Shown one piece after another: positions 13,806-25,254 of a stretch of 64,000 bases of DNA. The DNA is from Octopus sinensis (Eukaryota): contig NC_042999.1 of the NCBI RefSeq assembly GCF_006345805.1, positions 119,722,001 to 119,786,000 on the forward strand, given 5' to 3'. A program made the translations under genes and the position numbers. The notes under the pieces were generated by a model. It had not been told where the DNA came from. It searched no databases and was given only the letters and a program-made list of their open reading frames with translations. How positions within the stretch are numbered: the first letter of the stretch is position 1; each line of letters begins with the position of its first letter.

Positions 13806-14201
13806 TTACGTTTATATCTGGACAGTAAAATGCTGGGACAAAATACCGAAGAGTGTTCCTCTGTTCCTCGATTTCCAACACTACTGAGGTCAACATTACA
13901 TTTAATCTTTCCAGTATCGTTAAAAATATATATCAGTATATAAGCAGCTTTATCTCCATTTCCAAGATTCTGCTGTCTTGTGCCAATAACATACTTCATC
14001 TTTATTTCAGAAATGATAAAAAGCGGCAGATTTTTGGCGTGAAGCAATATAACTTTTCATTCTGAGTTCAAATCCCACTGTGCTTTTTATATTAGCTAGT
14101 GGACAAAATGTGTACCACTCAAGATTTATAGTCGAATTTAATCGACCGTTGTTTCACCGCGAAATTGGGTTTGTACTTCTGTTATGCACCATTATTAATT
14201 T

Positions 14202-14417
14202 TGGTTTCAAATTTTGGCACAAGGCCTGCAAGTTCGGGAAAGTGAGTAAATTGATTACATCTATCCCTGTGTTCAACTCGTACTTGATTTATCAACCTCG
14301 AAGGAATGACAGGCAAAGCTGACATCGGCTGAATTTGAACTCAGAACGTAAAGATGGACGAATGCTGCTAAGCATTTTGCCCGGCGTGCTAACGATTCCA
14401 CCAGCTCGGCATTTTAA
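14202..14417 (-). mobile_element. SINE family A
   Basis: Reverse complement of head, core and GGCCTTGTGCCAAAATTTGAAACC tail. Confidence 0.85.
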
Positions 14418-14440
14418 ACCATTACTAATATTGATTATAT

Positions 14441-14654
14441 TAAAAGCGGCGAGTTGGCAGAATCGTTTACATATCGAGCAAAATGCTTAGCGGCATTTCA
14501 CCCGTCTTTACGTTCTGAGTTCAAATTCCGCCGAGGTTGACTTTACCTTTCATCTTTTCAGGGTCAATAAATTAAGTATCAGCCGAGCACTGAGGTCGAT
14601 GTAATTGACTCACCCACTCCGGAAATTGCTGGTCTTGTGCCAAAATTTGAAACC
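14441..14654 (+). mobile_element. SINE family A
   Basis: GCGGCGAGTTGGCAGAATCG...CTGAGTTCAAATTCCGCCGAGGTTGAC...GGTCTTGTGCCAAAATTTGAAACC. Confidence 0.85.
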
Positions 14655-15059
14655 AGTGTTAATTATTATGAGTCAACGAGTGAACCTTAATATTGCTATC
14701 AAGTGTGTTAGAAACAGCAGTCAAATATCTTTCCCATTACATGCAACCGTCTTAAAAAAGGGTGGACACTTTTGACAGTGAAGTCTCTTGGATACGTATA
14801 GAGACTAGCAGTCGTAGTTGGAGCACCTTTGATCATAGATTTAATCAAAACTGACCCGGGGACAAAGCAACAACAATAACAACAACACACAACTATTACT
14901 ATTAGTTGTAGTAATAGTGGTAGTCGTAATTGATTGAATTGATAAGACACTAATAATAGATATAAAGGCAAACATGTGCAACTGTAAACATTTTTCATCT
15001 ATTCTCTTCTATCTCTTTATCAACACTTTTAACTGACTTCTTCCACCACCACAGCTAAC

Positions 15060-15503
15060 ATTACCGTTATTAACAACATCAATACACACAACAACAATCA
15101 CGATTTGTTATTTCATCAGCATCGCCGTCGTTGTCGCTGCAGTCGTCATAACCACCAGCACCACCAGCACCAGCACCACTACCACCACCACCACTACCAC
15201 CACCACCAGCACCATCACCACCAGCACCATCACCACCAGCACCATCACCACCAGCACCACCACCACCACCATCACCACCAGCACCATCACCACCACCACC
15301 ACCAGCACCAGCACCACCAGCACCACCAGCACCAGCACCAGCACCAGCACCACCACCACCACCACCACCAGCACCACCACCAGTACACCACCACCACCAG
15401 TACCAGCACCACCACCACCACCACCACAACCACCAGTACCACCACCACTACCACCACCACTACCACCACCACCACCACCATCACCAGCACCAGCACCACC
15501 GGC

Positions 15504-15534
<31 letters not shown>

Positions 15535-15925
15535 CCACCACCACCACTACCACCACCACTACCACCACCACCATCACCAGTACCAGTACCGCCACCACCA
15601 CCACCACCACAACCACCACCACCACCACCACCACCACCACCACCACCACACCACCACCACCACCACCACCACCACCACCACCACCACCACCACCAGTACC
15701 AGCACCAGCAGCAGCACCACCACCACCACCACCACCAGTACCACCACCAGCACCCACCAGCACCCCCACCCACCAGCACCCCACCCACCACCTCTATCAT
15801 AATTAAAACCATAACCACGACAAATAATGGTACTAGCCCCGCCGCCGCCCCAACGCCATTACCACCACCATCACCACCACCACCACCAACAGCAGCAGCA
15901 GTAGCAGCAGCAGCAGCAGCGTTGA
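15060..15925. repeat. Compound (CAC/CAG/CAT/TAC)n trinucleotide array
   Basis: About 800 bp of degenerate (ACC)n; it accounts for the poly-H/T/P and poly-G/W/V ORFs in the track. Confidence 0.95.
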
Positions 15926-16132
15926 TGTAATCATCATACTAAAGAGTGCATGGGTGTCCTCGTAGTAGTTCTGATCTATCTTCATTCCCTTTTGTTTCTA
16001 TCTTCATTTTATTTCCACTTTCTCTACTCAATCTTACTTTTCATCTAATTCTTCACATCTTACTGCCCTTCTTTGCCTTCTCACCCTCACCATCATCATC
16101 ATTAACCATAAGCAGAACAGCTGAGCCAGTAG

Positions 16133-16134
<2 letters not shown>

Positions 16135-16176
<42 letters not shown>

Positions 16177-16745
16177 ATGATGATAATGATGATGATAATG
16201 ATGATCATGATGATGACGATAAGGAGAAGGAAGGAGATGATTACAATCATTTATACCCTCTCACCTTCCTCCGCACTTCTCCTCTTCCTATCCTCCTTTC
16301 CTCTTCCCCTTCCTCTTCTTCTTCCTCCTCATCGCAATAATCATCATCTTCATCATCGCCATAATGATGAGCAAAAGCCATCACCAGCAGCAGCAGCAGC
16401 AGTAGCAACAGCAGGGTTGGTATTATATATATTAACAAATATTTCGATTCCTAGTGATAAGGAAGAACCGTGAGAACAGTAGTGAGTGACTCTTAACAAT
16501 AGCAGCAATAGTATTAACAGCAACGGCTTCAGTTATATCAGAGTTAGTACTATTGCTTCATCATCAGCATCATCATCATCGTCGTTGTCGTCATCATCAG
16601 CATCATCTTCATTGCAGCCTCCAACACCAGCACCAAAACCGCTATAATCATTACCATCGACATCGCGGTCGTTGTTGTAATGATGATGATGATCATCATC
16701 ATCATCGTCATCATCATCAACATCATCACCATCATCACCATCATC

Positions 16746-16776
<31 letters not shown>

Positions 16777-16795
16777 TCATCGCCATCATCGTCGC

Positions 16796-16832
<37 letters not shown>

Positions 16833-17165
16833 GTTGCCGCTATCAACTTTTAATGCTATAATCATCTTGCTCAACGCCACGACTTTCATCGTTACTAACA
16901 TTGCATCGTGGTCTTCATCACGCTTCAATTTCATCATTGTCGTCGTCGTTTCCATCATCATCATCATCCTCACCACCACCACCACCACTACCACCACCAC
17001 CTCCATCATCGTCAATCTTCATCAGCAACATCATTAATTATATCTTCATTAAAGTCGTTTTCCCCTTCTTAGTCACCAACATCCTCAACATCCCCATCAT
17101 CATACACAGCAACAGCAAGAAAAACAACAACAACAACAAAAACAATAGTAACAACAAAATCAACA
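16135..17165. repeat. Compound trinucleotide arrays (CTG)n(ATG)n, (CTT/CCT)n, (CAT)n, (CAC)n, (AAC)n
   Basis: Directly visible runs at ~16135-16220, 16270-16410, 16555-16830 and 16940-17165. Confidence 0.9.
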
Positions 17166-17669
17166 GGCATAGCTAGGTCTTGATCATGAACACAATAGCA
17201 GTAAACTAGCAAGACTTTAAGGAGAAGACAAGTGAAAGCTGCAATGTTGCTAACAATACAATTAACACACTTTCAGCACATACTTCTATCGATTCAGTGC
17301 AATGAAGAAACAAAAGGAAATGAGGAAAAGAAAGAGAAAAAGAGAGAGAGAAATGGAGAAGAAAGAGGAAATTAAAATGAAAAAATGAAAAAAAAAAAAA
17401 AAAAAAAAATATAAATTGAAATTACAAATTACAAAAATAATCAAAGTATTGAAATCTAAATAAAATTAAATAGTGTTGACAGAAAGTTTTGTATATTGGA
17501 AATGCCGACAAACCACTTACAAACCACTCAGCTACTCACTGGTAGAGTCAAACAAACACACATCTAATCAGCGAAGCATTTGTTCATGCTGATGCACTGC
17601 TGAAAAGAAACTGTGTTGTATATTGTATTTTGTCCAGAATAATTCTATCCATCATATCTATCCACCATA

Positions 17670-17832
17670 GACGCAGGCGTGGTTGTGCGGTAAGAAGTTT
17701 GCTTCCCAACCACATGGTTTTCGGTTCTGTCCCACTGTGTGACACTTTGGGCAAATGTCTTTTATAATAGCCTCGGGTCGACCAAAAGCTTTGTGAGTGG
17801 ATTAAGTAGACGGAAACTGAAAAGAGCCCGTC

Positions 17833-17863
<31 letters not shown>

Positions 17864-18313
17864 TGTATGTATGTATGTATGTATGTATGTATGTATGTAT
17901 GTATGTATGTATGTATGTATGTATGTATGTATGTATGTATGTATGTATGTATGTATGTATGTATGTATGTATGTATGTATGTATGTATGTATGTATGTAT
18001 GTATGTATGTATGTATGTATGTATGTATGTATGTATGTATGTATGTATGTATGTATGTGTGTGCGTGTGTGTGTGCGTGCGTGCGTGCGTTTGTGTCTGT
18101 GTTTGTCTCCAACTACTGCTTGACAATCGGTGTTGGTGTGTTTACGTCCCCGTAACCTAGCTGTTTGGCAAAAAGGAACCCGTAGAATAAATACAATGCT
18201 TAAAATAAAGAAAAAAACTAGACTGGGGGTCTATTCGTTCAACTAAAATTCTTCAAGGGGATGCCCCAGCATAGCTGCGGTCTAATGACTGAAACAAGTA
18301 AAAGATAAAAGAT
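17670..18313 (+). mobile_element. tRNA-derived CORE-like SINE (family B) with an internal (TATG)n/(GT)n microsatellite
   Basis: Head GCAGGCGTGGTTGTGCGGTAAGAAG...GGTTCTGTCCC, CORE-like ACACTTTGGGCAAATGTC, body ending GGAAACTGAAAAGAGCCCGTC, ~225 bp of (TATG)n, then the 3' module ATCGGTGTTGGTGTGTTTACGTCCCCGTAAC...GAAACAAGTAAAAGATAAAAGATA. The same two modules occur inverted at 43613-44382. Confidence 0.8.
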
Positions 18314-19629
18314 ACCAGTATATCTAAATGTGGTCAAGTTTTTGAACATATGACTGCATGTTGCTGAGTTTGTTCTATGGTCAGGCATATGTGATGTAGT
18401 TAAAAAAAGGAAAAAGAAAAACAGGCCATAATAGTTGCTATGTTGTTGTTTGACCTGTAAGAAATAGCTGAGAAATTATCTGAAATATACGCTCGACAAT
18501 CATAAAAAAGAAAGAACATATTGAATAATGTAACCTGATAAGTGTGGCAAGATGATAGCTGACATTCTGGGAATCCTCAGGCTTAATAAAATGAAAGAGG
18601 TTGTGCTTCTGAAGCCCGCCCTCAACTTGCGCCTATGATAACTGAATGTTACATTAGGTTATTGCTCACCAGATTGTATGTTTTTCGGTGGTCAACTATT
18701 AGCAGAACAGAGTTTTTTTCTATTTTCTTACTCAAAAATCAAGTACCATTTCAAAAGGAAACAAATTATTTTGTTCATATGTGCATATCAAATTATATAA
18801 AATTCAGCGATGCCTGGATCTAGATAATTCGTTGGTTATATTAGAAATATCCATAAACCTTTATCGTAATGCATTTTGGCTTTTAGAGGTAGATTATGTT
18901 TCTAAAAATCTCAAGTCATTGTGCATCTGATTTCTGCTTTTTTGCTTGGATCCATTATTATCAATCGCTGTCAACATAATGCTATATATAGCTTTATTGT
19001 AGCTGTTTTTGTTGCTGTGCAGCCCCCAAATCACGTTCCGATCGAGAGGACCTGTGACTTAAAGGCCATTCCAGCTATAAACATCTCGTCTTTTCAGACA
19101 ATGCTAATCCTAGACTACATTCACTTAAGTGCCCTTTGTTGAAGATCACGGTTATCCCGATTTAATGTAATCAGGTAATGCTATATTAAGGAGATTGCTG
19201 AGTGAGATTAAAGCATTCAGTTCATCCTTATTTTGCAATATGGCTGCCATGACTTTATTGTTGGTCTATTCATAGTACTTCAAATATTTGATGCTATTTT
19301 TAAAGATGTCGACATTTTTGGTTTGCTTTATGAAAAGCAAACTGCTTGATCGGTTTATATATCGCTTGTTTTAGATCTGCTTGATAAAAGCTGATGTGGG
19401 CTGTGTGAAAACATCAACAACAATCAGCCAAGCAAAAAGACAAGCTACTCCATATCCGAATGTACATACATCTATATGTACAAGACAGACACAATGTACT
19501 TGTGGTTAAAATGTATTCAAATATTATATTACTAATGTTGTTGTGGTTGCTGTTGTTCCTTTTCTTATTTTTATTGTTATTATGATCATGTTATTATTAT
19601 TATTACTATTTTTAGTATTGTCATTGTGG

Positions 19630-20065
19630 AAAGGCGACGAGCTGGCAGAATCGTTAGCACGCCAGGAGAAATGCTTAGCAGTATTTCATCTGCCTTGACG
19701 ATCTGAGTTCAAATTCCACCGAGGTCGACTGTGCCTTTCATCCTTTCGAGGTTCATAAATTAAGTACCAGTGAAATACTGGGGATGACGTAGTTCCCTGC
19801 CCTAAAATTTCAGGCCTTGTGCCTATAGTAGAAAGGATTATTATTATTGTTGTTAAGGCGGTGAGCTAGCAGAATCGTTAGCACGCCAGACAATACGCTT
19901 ACGGGCATTTCGTCAGTCTGGATGATTTAGGTTCAAATTCCGCCAAGATCGACTTTGCTTTTCATCCTTTCATCAATAAATGAAGTATCAGTTGAAGACT
20001 GAGGTCAATGTAATCGACTAGCACACTCACCAAAGATTCCTGGCCTTGTGCCAAGATGTTTAACC
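19630..20065 (+). mobile_element. Two tandem SINE family A copies (19630-19838, 19855-20065)
   Basis: Each has GAGCT.GCAGAATCGTTAGCACGCC, GTTCAAATTCC.CC.AG.TCGAC and a GGCCTTGTGCC tail; separated by (ATT)n. Confidence 0.85.
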
Positions 20066-20336
20066 ATTATTATTATTGTTGTTGCTGCTGTTGTTGTTGT
20101 TATTGTCATTCTATTATTATTCTTTTACTTCTCAGAGCGCTCAGTCTTGTTTGCTCTGGTTGATTCTGTGAGAGTGGAAAGCAGCCTGTTTTCAGAGGTG
20201 TCAGAGGGTCTCTTTCCGTACATTATAAACTTTGCTAACTGGATGCTAATTATTGTGTGAAGCGTTAAACACCCAAATACCAATCTCAAGATCATAGCTG
20301 TACCCAGCAGAACAGTCTTTTGGTCTTGCTCTGCTT

Positions 20337-21406
20337 TCATGCCAATTCCCATTTCTCTGTGTCATCTTCTGGCTCCTTCTTAATTTGCTCCACAATCTGG
20401 GTGTCTGTCAGTGTCTCTGTTGGGAATATGGCTTCCTCTGCTCCCTGCCACATGTTAACCCAGTCTTGCAGGGCTATTGTCTCCTGTAGATGATCCTCTA
20501 GACGGTGTTCTCCTTCCATGGTTTCCTCCTCAGTGAATCCCACGAATTCCTCTTTTTCTGGCTCTAGCTCTGGCTGTTGGGGCTGTGGGAAGGCTGCACC
20601 AAGGGCCTTATTCCAGCAGTGGGCTGTGGTCGTAGTTGACACTGAAGCCCAGGCTCTTCCTGAGAAGTAACTGGCATATTTGGTGGTAAGCTGCTTCAGA
20701 TAGTTTGGAACATTAAGCGGAGATTCTATCATTTCCAGGATGAGCTCCTTCTGGTGGGTGGTTTTGAAGGCCTGAATGATGCCAACATCATAAGGCTGTA
20801 TTTTTCTGGTTGTGTTCTTGGGTAAATAGAGGATCTTGCTCTGGCCATCTCTCTTCCGTAGGATGTCTCCTTGTGGTTGGGCGGAGCAGTTACCTAGCAG
20901 GAGGATAGCTTTCTCCTGTAGGTTGAGGTTCCTAATGTGGTTCCTAATACTAGGGACAAATGACTTGAAGAACCATTCTTCAAATATGCTGGCTGTCACC
21001 TATGGCCTAGCTGAGTGTTTGTAAAACACTGGTAGATTGTTCGTGTTTACATGGTGGAAGTGCCTGGGTGATCGAAACTTGCCCAAAACCAGCGGTTTAA
21101 GCTTGTGGTGCCTGTCCAGTTGCAGGCAAAGAGGATAGTGAGTATGTTCTTTGCCTGTTTGTAGCCCAAGGTCTTATGGCCATCTGTTGTTGCTGCTAGG
21201 GTGTTGTTTGGTAGCGTCTTCCAGTGGAGGCCGGACTCATCTGCATTGTACAGTTGTTCTGGGGAGAGGGACTCTGCTTCCACATGCTGCTTTAGAGTAG
21301 CTGGGAAGTCATCTGCGGTTTGATTGTCTGCTGATCTCTGCTTCCCACTGATCTTGACAGCACCTATATCATGGCACTTCTGGAATTCTGGAACCTGTAC
21401 AAACAC
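20337..21406 (-). pseudogene. pogo/Tigger (CENP-B-like) DDE_1 transposase relic
   Basis: EQLYNADESGLHWKTLP (first D), LFACNWTG, MTASIFEEWF...KAILLLGNCSAQP (second D mutated to G) and LPKNTTRKIQPYDVGIIQAFK (third D). Frameshifted near 21010-21050; no TIRs recognised. Confidence 0.88.
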
Positions 21407-21449
21407 CCCTTGCTGATTAGGAAGGTCTATTGGTCAGGTTGGTCAGGTA

Positions 21450-21640
21450 CCTGCAGAGTGTTAATTACTTCGTGGCAAGAGGTTAAAATAATAGACAGAG
21501 AACACCACTGGAAAATACGAAAACTAAAAGAAGCAGCACACATGCTAGTACACAACCTCCTAAGCAGATCGAGTGCAGATATGAATAGCATATGGGAACC
21601 GGTATTAAGGAAGGATAGGAAAATATTAGATTTATAAGCC
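21450..21640 (+). pseudogene. Penelope-like element, C-terminal GIY-YIG endonuclease fragment
   Basis: SWQEVKIIDREHHWKIRKLKEAAHM..LLSR..DMNSIWEPVL matches the PLE C-terminal pattern W..VKI.D.E..W..RK.KEA..I....NR.....IW.P.L (from memory). Confidence 0.65.
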
Positions 21641-21665
21641 CTAAAATTCACTCCATAATTGCCCA

Positions 21666-21717
21666 CGGGCATATGGCGTAGTGGTTAAGAGCGCGGGCTA
21701 CTAACCCCAAGATTCCA
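21666..21717 (+). mobile_element. Isolated tRNA-like SINE head (A box only)
   Basis: GGGCATATGGCGTAGTGGTTAAGAGCGCGGGCTACTAACCCCAAGATTCC breaks off into (AAC)n(AAT)n before the B box; it is not a complete tRNA. Confidence 0.6.
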
Positions 21718-21730
21718 ACAACAACAACAG

Positions 21731-21761
<31 letters not shown>

Positions 21762-21771
21762 AATAATAATA

Positions 21772-21813
<42 letters not shown>

Positions 21814-21863
21814 CATCGAAAAATACCTTAGGAATGAGAACCCAGGTTCGAAATTTCCCCGAG

Positions 21864-21907
21864 ACACCTAATGAAGGCTGGAGGGTATATCAGCAGAAAT
21901 GTTGTGT
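21864..21907 (+). ncRNA. Decayed minimal type I hammerhead ribozyme within a Penelope-type terminal repeat (~21812-21962)
   Basis: Stem I ACAC (21864-67) / GTGT (21904-07); core CTAATGA (21868-74, versus CTGATGA); stem II GGCTG / CAGCA closing a 10-nt loop; GAAAT-GTT (versus GAAAC-GTT, the palindromic minimal stem III). Three substitutions from an intact motif. Confidence 0.65.
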
Positions 21908-22094
21908 TAACAACAAACAAGATGAGGGCAAATATCCGTCAAATGAAAATAATGTAAATAAGACCCCTTTACATTAGCTTCTAAAGACTTGAAATTAGAT
22001 CCCTAGCTACTTCGAGTATTCTTGGTCCGAGGCAGAGATCAATAACTGTTACAAGTAAATCACAGTATTACTTACATATTTATTAACGTGAAAG

Positions 22095-22295
22095 GCAGTG
22101 AGTTACAGAATCAGTATAGCAAATTATTGAGGTATTTAGTTAGCTTGTTTTATTTCTGAGTTCAGCTTTTACACCGATCAGCTTTTGACCTTCATCCTTC
22201 CGGATTTGGTAAAGTAAAATAGTATTCAAATGGCGGGATCGATATAATCGACTACGCTCTTCACTCCCAAATGAGTATTTTTGTGCGAATGTTAG
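22095..22295 (+). mobile_element. SINE family A, degraded
   Basis: AAGGCAGTGAG...TTCTGAGTTCAG...GACCTTCATCCTTCCGG...TTTTTGTGCGAATGTTAG. Confidence 0.55.
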
Positions 22296-22712
22296 ATATC
22301 CTCCTCCTTCTCCTTTTCTCCATCGTCGTCACGATCGTCATGATCATCATCGTTATTATCACCATCGTCGTTGTTGTCTTAACTGCAGCAATAATACCAG
22401 CAGCAGTAATAGAGGTGGTTCCCGTAGTCATAGATGTATTTGCGTGCTTCTACTAAATTACCGAGAGTAGCCATGTTTTTTTTTTTGGTTGTTTTGTGCT
22501 TTCTTATTTTGAGTTGATATATATTACTCCATGTTTATGCATGCGGTGCCTGGAAGAGCTGTTTCCTGCACGTTACGCCTTACTTGTAAGTCCAGAGATC
22601 TGGGTAATGGAGTTGTCTGCATGTGTTTTCTTTCATCATTTACAAGGCACCTATCATTATAAGGATTGTTTGTTTTCAGCTTCACGTTTATTTTTATTTC
22701 CAGATATTTATA

Positions 22713-24336
22713 CAGTGGCGGCCAAAATGTTCAGAATGGCATTGTTTTCGTCAGAAAAGTAGATATAATTTTTTATGAAAGTTGTTTTATATTCTATAAT
22801 TTTCACAGACAATAAATACAATATTATTTGTCATTGCCTGAGATTTTTGGTGTAATTTGAGAGGATAATACAAAAGTTATGGATGATTTAGTGATTTACT
22901 GCAAAACCCATGGCGGCCAAAATGATCAGAACTGCTTTTACTCCGTGTTTTAGTATATTTAACCGGCGAACTCTAATGTTTTGAATTTGTTTACGTGACG
23001 GTTCGTTTACTAAACATTAGTAAGAATATTTGCAGTGTACTTTGTTAATATAATGCCACTTACTCTGTTACCAATTCGTCAGCAGATTATTAAGCTTCGA
23101 AGGAAGGATAATTTAAGTATTGGATCTATTGCAAAGATTGTTAACAAGTCAAAAAGTGTTGTACACGGTATTCTTAAGGTCTACGATGATTGTGGTTCGC
23201 GTGAACAAGAAAGTTTACAGGTAGGCCAAGAAAAATGACCAAGAGAGAAGATCGTGCTATGATAACGTTGGTTAAAAAGGACAGATTTAAAACTGCTGCT
23301 GCTGTTTCTCGGAAAATGAGCATTGTATTGAAGAAAACTTTATCTCGAAAAAGTGTGTCTCGTCGTTTAGCTGAACACGACCTACAAGCAAGAGCACCTG
23401 CAGTGAAGCCACAGATCAGCCCCAAGAATAAAAAGTGTCGTCTTACCTTTGCAACCAAACATGTGTTGTGGTCTCAAGAAAAATGGCAAACGGTGCATTT
23501 CAGTGATGAATCTAAGTTTATGTTATTTGGCTCAGATGGGAAAAGGTACGTTCGTAGAAAAGTAGGTGAAAATTTGTCGCCTAAATGCCTTAAGACTAGT
23601 GTTAAATTCGGTGGAGGAAGTGTCATGGTTCGGGGATGATATCTGGAGATGGTGTGGGCCTTTTGGTGCGATTACATGGAAAGGTAAATGCAGGAGTTTA
23701 TAAACAACTTGTAAAAGATCATGTCTTGCCTGTGCTGAGAAATTCATCTAAGAGACCACCCATATTCATGCAGGACAATGCCCCATGTCACAAGGCTAAG
23801 GTGGTCATGAACTTCCTTAAGGCTGAAAAGGTTATTGTTATGGATTGATCTGCTCAAAGCCCAGATCTCAATCCTATTGAAAATGTATGGAATATTCTAG
23901 GAGAACGTTCGAAAGCCAGAAATCCTAAAACAACTGAGCAATTATGGAATGCCCTTCAGGAAGAATGGAATAAGATAACCCAGCAAGAAATTGAAAATTT
24001 AATTTCCTCATGCAGTCATAGATGTCAGAGTGTGATTGAAGCTAAAGGGCTTCACACTAAATATTAAATAATTCCAGTATTCTCTGTCATTTTTGATTAT
24101 TTTGTTATTTTTTCAACCGTTCTGATCATTTTGGCCGCCATGGGTTTTGTAGTAAATCACTAAATCCTCCATAACTTTTGTATTATCCTCTCAAATTACA
24201 CCGAAATCTCAGACAATAACAAATAATATTATATTTATTGTCTGTGAAAATTATAGAATATAAAACTACTTGATAAAAAATTATATCTACTTTTCTGACG
24301 AAAATAATGCCGTTCTGAACATTTTGGCCGCAACTG
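22713..24336 (+). mobile_element. Complete Tc1-family DNA transposon (IR-DR type, 1624 bp) with TA TSD
   Basis: TA|CAGTGGCGGCCAAAATGTTCAGAA ... TTCTGAACATTTTGGCCGCAACTG|TA. TIRs are ~220 bp (22713-~22932, ~24117-24336), each carrying an inner copy of the terminal motif (TGGCGGCCAAAATGATCAGAA). Confidence 0.95.
23053..24067 (+). pseudogene. Tc1 transposase DD34E, disrupted
   Basis: ATG at 23053, HTH region, FSDESKF, GGGSVMV.G, QDNAPCH, SPDLNPIEN (34 residues between the second D and E) and KY* at 24067. Frameshifts near 23205 and 23637; TGA replaces W at 23846-23848. Confidence 0.93.
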
Positions 24337-24419
24337 TATATGGCAAATTCTCCATATTTCTGACAGCTCGATAATCAAATTTCGCGACAGATACATTGGT
24401 TAGGAGGCATTTCTTTTCC

Positions 24420-24789
24420 TAATGATCCATGCCAACAATATTTGACCGATTAGCTTCTATACTCTCTATTAACGAAGAGAAGAATGTTCGCTTTAATTAT
24501 TCCCCTTGTTATTTCATAATGATGGCGCAACGTCAACTGTATGTAAGCCCAAATTATGTCATGCTTCTGAATCTATTCTTACTTGTCTAAGGTATGGCAA
24601 ACAGAAACAAAGATTTTGCTTCTTTCTCATTGCCATATATTCTGCAGTTTCTGTATTTTACTTGATTTTCGTGATTTCTGGTGGAAAAAAAATAAACTTC
24701 AATCCCTGCCGTAATCAAGAATCCTTCAGTCTCAGTTTTGAGTTCTTTCCTCAGTCATAATTGCAACTTTGATTTTTTTTCTCTGTGCC
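24420..24789 (-). pseudogene. R4/Dong LINE fragment (CCHC/RLE region), degraded
   Basis: The minus strand gives LRKELKTETEGFLITA (24701-24750), YRNCRIYGNEKE, CHTLDK*E*IQKHD, homologous to the RLE region of the full-length element at 27.3-27.7 kb. Confidence 0.7.
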
Positions 24790-24841
24790 CAGTTAAGATC
24801 AGAAGCCATGAGAGCCGCTGCCTGGTACTACATCAGGGCAT
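24790..24841 (-). mobile_element. 52-bp terminal module of the ~555-bp (ATT)n-flanked element
   Basis: CAGTTAAGATCAGAAGCCATGAGAGCCGCTGCCTGGTACTACATCAGGGCAT, 2 mismatches to 26619-26670, followed by (ATT)n. Confidence 0.9.
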
Positions 24842-25027
<186 letters not shown>

Positions 25028-25254
25028 TCACACTCACAGTTAATTTTGCTGGGTATGACGGAAAATGTCAGCTGTTCACAGCCAGCTAACTAATGAGATA
25101 ATAGTTTACTGGTCATGCTTCATATTATTGGTATCACATCTACTCTCTTCATTGACCACAAATTTCGTATTTTCCGCTTTAAATCGTCGTAGTTTATTTT
25201 TTCTTCTTCTTTCACATTGATTCACTTGTCACCGGGGCATGCTGTGTCGATAAC

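Noticed and set aside
21666-21717. Possible tRNA gene (likewise the heads of the family A, B and C SINEs)
   Set aside because: Only an A-box or D-arm-like part, or degenerate A/B boxes, is present; there is no full cloverleaf and each continues into SINE body or microsatellite.
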